From the NCBI GenBank assembly GCA_965220365.1, contig OZ244823.1:2236413-2300412 (forward strand): a stretch of 64,000 nt of DNA. The letters run 5' to 3'. Under the pieces are notes generated by a model. That model made no database searches, was not told the origin of the DNA, and saw only the letters and a list, made by a program, of their open reading frames with translations. This stretch comes from Rhodothermales bacterium. Its GTDB lineage: Bacteria; Bacteroidota; Rhodothermia; Rhodothermales; Bin80. Shown here piece after piece: positions 30,024 through 37,886 of this stretch (the first letter of the stretch is position 1; each line of letters opens with the position of its first letter). The position numbers and the translations under genes are program-made.

Positions 30024-30830
30024 GTGAACATGGTTAGCTCTCGTCGGCGACCGCTGATTTTGGTTACGAATGACGATGGGATTCAGTCTCCTGGAATTCG
30101 CGCCTTAACAAAGGCAATGGATGAGGTGGGAGATGTGGTGGTCGTGGCTCCACTTGATGATCAAACTGCAGTGGGACATTCGATTACCCTAGACCATCCT
30201 ATTCGCGTGGAGACCTACAACTTTGGGGACGAGCTAAGTCACATTCGGGCTTTAGGCATTACTGGGACACCCTGTGACTGTATGAAGCTGGCATTGCATG
30301 AATTATTACACCGTAAACCGGACTTGGCGGTCAGTGGCATCAACAGGGGTTCCAACATCGCAATTAACGTAATCTATTCGGGCACGATCAGTGCGGCAAC
30401 AGAATCGTCGGTGAATGGGATTGATTCCATTGCCTTTAGTCTTGACTCGAAAGACCCGGATGCTGATTATTCTCCTGCAGGTAATTATGCCAAGGTGATC
30501 GCAGAGAAAGTACTCAGAAGCCAACTGCCGAGGGGCGTTGTTCTTAGTGCAAATATTCCCGCTCTACCCGAGACTCAGATCAGAGGTATACGGGTTGCCC
30601 GTCAGGCCCGGTCGAGATGGGAGGAGGGTTTTGTTGGACGAAAGGATCCATCAAACAAGTCTTATTACTGGTACCGCGGTATGATGAATGTATTGGATAC
30701 AGGCGACGATACCGACACCGGGGCGCTCGAAAATGGATATGTATCGGTCACACCGCTACAGTATGACCGCACTGCCCATGGATGTATCAATGTACTAAAG
30801 ACGTGGCGCTGGTCGGAGCCTTCAGATTAA
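30024..30830 (+). CDS. surE: 5'/3'-nucleotidase SurE
   Basis: ILVTNDDGI, VVAP, GTPCDC, SGINRGSN, YSGT, VSVTPL. Confidence 0.96.
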   Translation: MNMVSSRRRPLILVTNDDGIQSPGIRALTKAMDEVGDVVVVAPLDDQTAVGHSITLDHPIRVETYNFGDELSHIRALGITGTPCDCMKLALHELLHRKPDLAVSGINRGSNIAINVIYSGTISAATESSVNGIDSIAFSLDSKDPDADYSPAGNYAKVIAEKVLRSQLPRGVVLSANIPALPETQIRGIRVARQARSRWEEGFVGRKDPSNKSYYWYRGMMNVLDTGDDTDTGALENGYVSVTPLQYDRTAHGCINVLKTWRWSEPSD

Positions 30831-30831
30831 A

Positions 30832-31797
30832 TCAGGTTGCACTGAGATAGGATTGTATCTGATTAAGGCCAACATTCCCGCCACTCAGAATAACTCCCAC
30901 CCTCATCCCGTCCACATCAGCTGCCTTGCTCAGTAGGGCAGCCATCCCCAGGGCCCCCGTTGGTTCAACAACGATCTTCATTCGTTCCCACAATAGCTGC
31001 ATCGCGGACAAAATTGCTGCGTCAGACACGGTTATGATATCGTGTGCAAGGTTGCGTATGATTTCAAACGTCAGGATCCCAAGTGATGGCGTGCGAGCAC
31101 CATCTGCGATGGTTTCCGGATTATGTACTGTATGCAGGACACCACTTTTGAAGCTGAGTGCGGCATCATTTGCCGTATCGGGTTCGACCCCGATGACCTG
31201 GATTGTTGAATGGATCGCATGAGCTGCGAGTAAAGAACCAGACAGAAGCCCACCGCCGCCGCATGGGACGAGGAGTACGTCTAAATCTGGATAATCCCGC
31301 AGCAGTTCCAGTGCGGCAGTCCCTTGACCAGCGACAATATGCGGGTGATCATACGGGGGAATAACCGGGAGTCCTTTCTCTTCAGCCAGCTGTTCTGCCA
31401 ATGCTTCGCGGCTTATCTCATTACGATCATAGGGAATAATTTTCGCACCATATTCAGATGTTGCATCCCGTTTTACGGATGGGGCATCGTGGGGCATGAT
31501 GATTGTAGGCTGGATATCCAAACGCGCTCCGGCAAGTGCAACGGCCTGAGCATGATTGCCGGAAGAAAACGTAAGAACTTCCTTGGTTGTGGTTGGAAGT
31601 TGACGTAACGTGTTGTAAGCACCTCGGAATTTAAAACTTCCCGAGCGTTGAAAATTCTCGCACTTGAAGTACACATGTGCTCCTGTGCGCGCATCTACAG
31701 TCCTAGAGGTGAGAACAGGAGTTTTATGGACGACATCCCGAAGCTGTTCGGCGGCCGAACAGACGTCTTCAAACCCTACACTATAGGGTACAGTCAC
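30832..31797 (-). CDS. PLP-dependent serine/threonine dehydratase family (threo-3-hydroxy-L-aspartate ammonia-lyase-like)
   Basis: KCENFQRSGSFKFRGA, SSGNHAQ, PCGGGGL, VEPTGA, ILSGGN. Confidence 0.9.
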   Translation of the reverse strand: MTVPYSVGFEDVCSAAEQLRDVVHKTPVLTSRTVDARTGAHVYFKCENFQRSGSFKFRGAYNTLRQLPTTTKEVLTFSSGNHAQAVALAGARLDIQPTIIMPHDAPSVKRDATSEYGAKIIPYDRNEISREALAEQLAEEKGLPVIPPYDHPHIVAGQGTAALELLRDYPDLDVLLVPCGGGGLLSGSLLAAHAIHSTIQVIGVEPDTANDAALSFKSGVLHTVHNPETIADGARTPSLGILTFEIIRNLAHDIITVSDAAILSAMQLLWERMKIVVEPTGALGMAALLSKAADVDGMRVGVILSGGNVGLNQIQSYLSAT

Positions 31798-32126
31798 GGC
31801 AGGTCATCCAAATCTTGTGAAGAACTCCGTTCAATGCCTTCAGAAGGCTCACGTTCAATACGTACTGTGACATGTGTCACGAGCGCTGCAATTGCAGCAA
31901 CCGCGGCCAGCGGTGCAGCAAGCAAAACGGCTGCACCAGAACCCACAAGGCCCACGTACATGGGGAACTCGGCAAGGGTTCGGCCATCCTTGATAATGGA
32001 TATTTTGCGTGCGTTTCCTTCTCGTGCAAGTTCTTTCACTTTGTTGACTAGCTGGGAGCCCTCTACTTTGATTTCTTCAAAGCGCTCTCCGAGCCGCTCT
32101 CCTATATTGTTGTTTCGTGAAGTCAT
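31794..32126 (-). CDS. DUF4342-like small protein
   Basis: EEIKVEGSQLVNKVKELAREGNARKISI followed by a hydrophobic hairpin and VTVRIER. Start at ATG 32126. Confidence 0.8.
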   Translation of the reverse strand: MTSRNNNIGERLGERFEEIKVEGSQLVNKVKELAREGNARKISIIKDGRTLAEFPMYVGLVGSGAAVLLAAPLAAVAAIAALVTHVTVRIEREPSEGIERSSSQDLDDLP

Positions 32127-32316
32127 AAATAGAGTTGGAATGTTACTGTTATTGGGTACGCAATTGGTCGTTCGTAGTTGCAAGCGTGTAATTTGGAACC
32201 GCTCAAATCACACGGATTTTATGATTCATGATAGACGATTCAGATCCGGAAACGAATTTTCCCGGTTAAGTGAGTATTTTCGGTGTAGCTAAATCTATTT
32301 TCTTGAACACAAGTAG

Positions 32317-33453
32317 ATGGGCGAGGGACGAAGGATTGTACTTGTTGGCCCTATGTACCCCTACCGGGGAGGCATTGCTCATTTGTCCGAAACACTAGCG
32401 GCAGGCTTGATCGCCCGTGGGCATCGAGTTCATGCCATCACGTTTACACGCCAATATCCAGCATTTCTCTTCCCAGGTCGAACTCAATACGAAACGGGGA
32501 CGGATACCGAAAGAGCTGTAGAAGCTGAGCGGGTGATTGATTCGATAAATCCTCTGTCATGGTGGAAGGCCATTAAACGGATCCGGGAATTGGAAGCAGA
32601 AGTGGTGATTTTTCGTTACTGGTTGCCATTTTTTGCCCCGGTTTTTGGTACAATGGCACGCAGACTTGCTCGTAGCAATATCACATCGTTGGTTGTGGTT
32701 GATAATGCATTACCACATGAGCGCCGACTGGGCGATATCGCTTTAGGGCGCTATTTTTTCAAGGCAGTGCAAGGGTGTGTGGTGATGTCCTCATCGGTGG
32801 GGAAGGAGTTGGACCAACTTGAAGTCTCCTGCCCACGTGCATTTGCACCGCATCCGGTCTATGATATCTTCGGTAAGGCGGCTAATCAAACTCAGGCGCG
32901 TTCAAAATTAGAGCTGGATCAGAATTTGCCAGTGATTCTTTTTTTTGGGTTCGTACGACGATACAAAGGCCTTCATATTCTTTTAGACAGCATGCCGCAG
33001 GTTCGAGCTGCGCTCCCTGAAATCTGTTTGATCGTGGCAGGCGAGTTTTATGAAGATGAAGTGTCCTATAGGAACAAGGTTGAGTCACTGGGACTGTCCA
33101 AGCAAGTGAGGTTTATCAATGAGTACATTCCCAAAGATGAAGTGGCTGACTACTTTGCTGCGGCCAATGTGGTCGTACAGCCGTACTTATCTGCAACCCA
33201 GAGTGGGGTAGCACAGGTTGCCTATCAGTTTGATGTTCCTGTGATTACCACGGATGTAGGTGGGCTTGCCGAGGCTGTACCTCATGAAGAATCGGGGCTC
33301 ATTGTTCCCCCGAATGATCCATCTGCATTGGCCAAAGCCATCATACGGTATTTTGTAGAGGGGATGCAGGATGATCTTGTAAAGGGAGTACGACGCCATA
33401 AACAGTCTCTGGGATGGGACAGGCTGCTCAGTGCAATTGAATCGATCATGTAA
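32317..33453 (+). CDS. Glycosyltransferase family 4
   Basis: GPMYPYRGGIA, FFGFVRRYKG, PYLSATQSGV, TDVGGLAE. Confidence 0.92.
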   Translation: MGEGRRIVLVGPMYPYRGGIAHLSETLAAGLIARGHRVHAITFTRQYPAFLFPGRTQYETGTDTERAVEAERVIDSINPLSWWKAIKRIRELEAEVVIFRYWLPFFAPVFGTMARRLARSNITSLVVVDNALPHERRLGDIALGRYFFKAVQGCVVMSSSVGKELDQLEVSCPRAFAPHPVYDIFGKAANQTQARSKLELDQNLPVILFFGFVRRYKGLHILLDSMPQVRAALPEICLIVAGEFYEDEVSYRNKVESLGLSKQVRFINEYIPKDEVADYFAAANVVVQPYLSATQSGVAQVAYQFDVPVITTDVGGLAEAVPHEESGLIVPPNDPSALAKAIIRYFVEGMQDDLVKGVRRHKQSLGWDRLLSAIESIM

Positions 33454-33458
33454 TCTGT

Positions 33459-34610
33459 GTGCATTCAATGAATGGCAGATCCCATCGTGTACTCTATTGT
33501 AGTTCTTTCTTCCTGGCATTATTCATTGCAGGTTGTGCTATCCTGGATCAAGCCGACTCAGAGGATTTTTCAAATCTATCCTTATGGCAGCCTGTCGATG
33601 TAATTCAGGATGCTCGACAATTGGCGTTGCAGCAAGAGTCGGGACAATCTCGAGATATCGCAGAGCATATGGCTGCTCGGATGATCGGAGTGCAGCCCAT
33701 ATTCGGTGACTCCTTGATCGTCCCATTACAGGGAACCAGACGTGTGATCCAGGGAGGAAGGCTTGGCAATGCAACCGGGCTTGGCAAGTCGTTTTGGCCG
33801 GATCCCCAATCAGGTTCGGGAGCACACACCATAACTGAATTTATATCCCCCTGGGATTCCGCAGTGAATGAGAGGTCGGCTATAGTGCTCTCCAAGCAGT
33901 CACTTACATCTGATCGTATTCATCAGCTTGTTCGGCGTAGTACGAAGGTAATTCTGAGCATAGGGGATGTAACCCCGCGTTTAGCATCTACAACAGGGAC
34001 CAATGCCTTAGTACTGGAGATCACGCCATCTGCTCTTGCAGGCATATCAGGATTGTCTGCAGACAGCGTTGCCTTGGGAGTGCTTCCCAGGAATGGATAT
34101 GTTCTTCCTGAACCGATACTCATAGAGGCTTGGATAGATACCTATGAATTCCCTTTGAATGTGATGGGTTTTATTGCTGGTCAGGATCCGCGGTATGCGT
34201 CGCAGCTCATCATTGTTGCTGCAGATCCGGCATGGATCTCTGTGGAATCAGATTCTTCTCAATGGATGCCTTCGGCTATTCTGATGGAACTCACGCGTAA
34301 ATATGCAGCAAGACAAATCGAGAGAGTATTTCCGAGACAGTCTCTGTTAGTTGCTACGGGGACTGGTGCTGCACTACATGCCGTGTTTGAATATCCTGTT
34401 TGGGCACGACAAAATATTCATGCTGTGATCGCATTGGGACGCTCTGGTAACAGCCACGTGCAGGTAGGCAAGGATACGATTCCCATTTTCGGGTACTCGT
34501 TCCCCGAAATCCATGACACTGAGAACCTAGAAGTCTGGATTATAAGGACACTGGAACAGATCCACGATATTGTACAGCAATTGGATGGCCAAGATTTTGA
34601 GTGGAATTAG
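33459..34610 (+). CDS. Lipoprotein, possibly a degenerate M28-peptidase-fold protein
   Basis: Lipobox IAGC. NVMGFIAGQDP..QLIIVAA and PRQSLLVA resemble the M28 scaffold, but metal ligands are not recognisable. Start may be ATG 33468. Confidence 0.55.
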   Translation: MHSMNGRSHRVLYCSSFFLALFIAGCAILDQADSEDFSNLSLWQPVDVIQDARQLALQQESGQSRDIAEHMAARMIGVQPIFGDSLIVPLQGTRRVIQGGRLGNATGLGKSFWPDPQSGSGAHTITEFISPWDSAVNERSAIVLSKQSLTSDRIHQLVRRSTKVILSIGDVTPRLASTTGTNALVLEITPSALAGISGLSADSVALGVLPRNGYVLPEPILIEAWIDTYEFPLNVMGFIAGQDPRYASQLIIVAADPAWISVESDSSQWMPSAILMELTRKYAARQIERVFPRQSLLVATGTGAALHAVFEYPVWARQNIHAVIALGRSGNSHVQVGKDTIPIFGYSFPEIHDTENLEVWIIRTLEQIHDIVQQLDGQDFEWN

Positions 34611-34764
34611 CGACTTTCTAGGGGGCTTCAAGAAAAGTAAATCGCTACTGAAATCAAGATGTAAATCATCAAGAATGCAGTATATGATTTCGCTGGCAAT
34701 CGACAAATTTCAACCCATATAATACAAGTGCCACCATATCGCCCACTCGCTTCATATTCAATGG

Positions 34765-35391
34765 TCACTCTTCATAGAATAGGCGATATAACCACTCATA
34801 GAATTCATTCGCCAGTGGGACTTGTACGTCTAGATCACCATACCCAATCGCTGCCCCCATGAGACGTGGCCTTTCTCGTGTAGCCAGCCATGCGTGAATC
34901 TGGGCTCTCCGCTTTTTGCGGGAACGAAATTTGCGATCTTCTTCAGGAATCCCATTGATATATTCACAAGAGCGGGGCCATACTGGGTCTCCGTCAGGAA
35001 TTAGCTGGTGAATAAAGCCTTCTAATTCTCCCGAAGACGTATTATCAGGCATCATCCAGATTCCTATACGGGGTTGACTGTCAATGATTGTCCCAGACCT
35101 TTGAGGCTTTTTAGGAACTTTAATTTCGGAAAATCTCTCCAGCTGACCGCTTATTTCTTTCCATCGCCTATCTGGATTATCATTCGCATCAATGAGAATA
35201 CCTAATGTTTCCCTTTCAGTAGCTACCAGTTCGGTTATGATTGACCGCAATAGCTCGGGAAAGCCCCTTTTGTCTAATATTTCAAAGGGTAATCCAGCTT
35301 CGCGACAAGATTCCCATATATGCTTGACTACATGCTCGTCACTACTCCCTTCAACAAGCAGTACTTTTTTGGGACTCGTATCTTCAGGCAT
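34765..35391 (-). CDS. TOPRIM-like protein (DUF3226-type)
   Basis: N-terminal LLVEGSSDE, LGILIDAND (acidic TOPRIM-type motif), IWMMPDN..GELE; starts 4 nt after the ATPase stop. Confidence 0.8.
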   Translation of the reverse strand: MPEDTSPKKVLLVEGSSDEHVVKHIWESCREAGLPFEILDKRGFPELLRSIITELVATERETLGILIDANDNPDRRWKEISGQLERFSEIKVPKKPQRSGTIIDSQPRIGIWMMPDNTSSGELEGFIHQLIPDGDPVWPRSCEYINGIPEEDRKFRSRKKRRAQIHAWLATRERPRLMGAAIGYGDLDVQVPLANEFYEWLYRLFYEE

Positions 35392-35395
35392 ATAG

Positions 35396-36532
35396 TTATA
35401 TCACTCTGATGTCCTGATCAGCTGCAACTTCGAGTTGTTCTTCTTTGACTTCAACTGTTTGCAGCTTGCCCTCCTTCTGATCCAAGCGAACCAATACCCC
35501 TTCAGCTCCTTCGTTCTCAACTGCTGCTCTTGCGAAAGCTTTGACGCAATCAAAACTATGGGTTGTGGCGAGAACCTGTACGTCATATTTTTGAGCAGTT
35601 GCCAAGATCATACTCCAAAAATCCTTTTGGGCAGAGTGGTGAATTCCATTTTCAGCCTCATCAATGACTAAGAAGCCATTGCGGCTATGAGCTAAGGCAA
35701 GGGCAACAGCAAACAGGCGCATAATCCCATCCCCAAGGCTATTCAATGGGACCTGCCTTGAAGAATCACGAGACTTTACGATTATACGACGACCTTCACT
35801 GCGAAATCTTCCACTGGATTCCTCAACGGCAGCAACCCGATCTATCTGTGTCCCTGTCAGGTTGATCATTGCCAGCGCGAGGGATTCCGCATCAGTAATG
35901 ACAACATTATCCCAAAAACGAGCTAGCATAGAATTGCTCGGAAGTCCCGGACCGAGTGATTCACATGCAATAGGATCCGGCAAATCCGAATCACCGAGTA
36001 TTCTTCTTCGTAACATTGGAGAGATATGAAGAAACGATTCAGATTCCGGTGAGCCCAAGAAACATGGAATCATGGATTTTGAATTACGAAAAGTAACCTT
36101 AAGTATCTGCAGATTTGATTCCAGAGGTGCAGTTTCAGAGAATATATCTAGCTGTATGGAAGACAATTCTTCCACATTGGTTGCCTCAATACGAAGTTGA
36201 TTTTGTTTATTGCTTGGGCCAATGGAGATCGTCCGATCAGGAGGGATATGTCTGCCAAAAAATAGAGTCGTATAGTCCAGAACGGAACCAAGATCCTTAG
36301 AATGGGAAGTGGCGAATTCATGTCTCTTATGCAGCAACTCTTCGAATATCATCCGGCGGCCTCTGGCCGCATACACACGCACCGCTTCAAGAACAGTAGT
36401 CTTACCAACTCCATTACGACCAGCCAGTAAAGTAACGCGCCCCAATTGCTTAATAGAAAGATCTCGGATTCCCCGGAAATTCTTAATTGATAGATCCGGA
36501 AGATGCAATTTGGGGTTCTGATTCTCCGACAT
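35396..36532 (-). CDS. ABC-type (AAA_15/AAA_21-like) ATPase
   Basis: IKNFRGI, Walker A GRNGVGKT, signature LGDG, Walker B/D-loop LVIDEAENGIH, H-loop TTHS. Confidence 0.9.
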   Translation of the reverse strand: MSENQNPKLHLPDLSIKNFRGIRDLSIKQLGRVTLLAGRNGVGKTTVLEAVRVYAARGRRMIFEELLHKRHEFATSHSKDLGSVLDYTTLFFGRHIPPDRTISIGPSNKQNQLRIEATNVEELSSIQLDIFSETAPLESNLQILKVTFRNSKSMIPCFLGSPESESFLHISPMLRRRILGDSDLPDPIACESLGPGLPSNSMLARFWDNVVITDAESLALAMINLTGTQIDRVAAVEESSGRFRSEGRRIIVKSRDSSRQVPLNSLGDGIMRLFAVALALAHSRNGFLVIDEAENGIHHSAQKDFWSMILATAQKYDVQVLATTHSFDCVKAFARAAVENEGAEGVLVRLDQKEGKLQTVEVKEEQLEVAADQDIRVI

Positions 36533-36678
36533 ACTGGGTAATTCAAGGTTTGTAATCAGATAAGCTCAGGAATCAAATCTCCCTCAAGTGCATGAATGCG
36601 AGTACAAGAGTAAGGAGTCGCAAGCTCCAAAGCACTTTTACACATGTAGATTGTAGTTGATCATTTGCAAAGAACCAA

Positions 36679-37326
36679 CTAAAACAGTACCCCTGCCATG
36701 ATCATCCAACCCTCGTTATTCAGGACAGTTAATTCACCTGTCTCGGAATCAGGCTTCGTCACATCACGTTGGCCTCGATAATATCTCGTCTCCAATGACA
36801 GGCGTTGAGTCGCTACATCGAAATCAATGCCAGCTCCGATCATTAGCCCATAATCAAGGGTTTCAATAGATTCGTTTTCCTCGATAAAGATCTGCCCAGT
36901 ATCGGTGGACTCTACGAGGATCGCGGAGTCCACTACAAACAAAGCTGCACCTCCAAGAAAAATTCGAGGCCGAACAATCGCCGAAGGGTCGAAACGAAAT
37001 TGAAGCAGAACAGGTGTCGATAGATACGAGGACCTACTGGTTAGCAGGCCAGGGAAATCATTGTATTGTACTCGGGTTTTGGCACCCATACGAAGGTAGA
37101 GTAATTCGCCAACTGCACTAAGCCCACCGACAATGCGTAGTTCAGCTGTTGCTCCTCCGGCAACTCCTGTAATACTTTCCCATGTAGTTTCACCCGCGGC
37201 TAGGTTGCCGACAAAAGTTGTATTCGTGATGCCGAATTTCAGCCCCCCGGTTACACGTTGTGCATTGACGGATGTCGCTCCCGTCAGAAAAAATCCAGAT
37301 AATATCAGCAGGTTAAGGCTTCGCAT
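36679..37326 (-). CDS. Outer-membrane beta-barrel (porin-family, OMP_b-brl_2-like) protein
   Basis: Signal peptide, GGLKFG, alternating beta strands, YLSTPVLLQF, DYGLMIGAG, terminal Phe. Confidence 0.82.
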   Translation of the reverse strand: MRSLNLLILSGFFLTGATSVNAQRVTGGLKFGITNTTFVGNLAAGETTWESITGVAGGATAELRIVGGLSAVGELLYLRMGAKTRVQYNDFPGLLTSRSSYLSTPVLLQFRFDPSAIVRPRIFLGGAALFVVDSAILVESTDTGQIFIEENESIETLDYGLMIGAGIDFDVATQRLSLETRYYRGQRDVTKPDSETGELTVLNNEGWMIMAGVLF

Positions 37327-37510
37327 ATATCGGCAGGTTGATCAGATTCAAGGGAGAATGTAAAGATAGGAGGTATTGTAGAAAGTCAAACAGCAATATA
37401 CTTCCAATCCCAAGATGCCTTGCACTTCGAGATGCAGAATATCACCACATGGAACACATAAAACAGCGGCCTGAAGAAGACCGGACTGATTACGTGCTTC
37501 AAAATCTCCG

Positions 37511-37518
37511 TATATTTG
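37511..37518 (+). promoter_or_regulatory. Putative Bacteroidota-type -7 promoter element (TATATTTG) for the gatC operon
   Basis: Exact match to the TAnnTTTG consensus about 70 nt upstream of gatC, in a divergent intergenic region. Confidence 0.45.
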
Positions 37519-37587
37519 TGCCGATACGCTTACTGAGCCATGGAACAGCAATCATAGGCTACCGTAAGCGGACCGTCGCCCTCGCCA

Positions 37588-37875
37588 ATGCCTATTTCAA
37601 GAAAAGAAGTTCGTCACATTGCAAAGTTGGCCAAACTGCGATTTACAGAGGCCGAAGAGGAAGTTCTGGCTCATGACATGAGTCGAATTCTTGATTATAT
37701 GGGGACGTTGAACCAGCTGGACACCTCGGATATAGAACCGGTTACGCATGTACATGATCTTACACATATCGTACGTGCAGATTCAGTTCAGGAACGTATA
37801 AAGCATGAAGAAGCACTTAGCAATGCACCGGATACCGATGGAGATTACTTCCGGGTTCCGAAAGTCATTGGATAG
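37588..37875 (+). CDS. gatC: Asp-tRNA(Asn)/Glu-tRNA(Gln) amidotransferase subunit C
   Basis: EVRHIAKLAKL, ILDYM..LNQLDT..EP, LSNAP....YFRVPKVI. Confidence 0.95.
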   Translation: MPISRKEVRHIAKLAKLRFTEAEEEVLAHDMSRILDYMGTLNQLDTSDIEPVTHVHDLTHIVRADSVQERIKHEEALSNAPDTDGDYFRVPKVIG

Positions 37876-37886
37876 TAATCGGCTCT

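Noticed and set aside
31648-32292. 214-aa plus-strand ORF
   Set aside because: Antisense shadow of the DUF4342-like and dehydratase genes; no recognisable motifs.
34611-36678. Direct repeats or att sites bounding the ATPase-TOPRIM islet
   Set aside because: Only a 7-bp match (CAAGTGC) was seen, which is not significant; no integrase or tRNA nearby.
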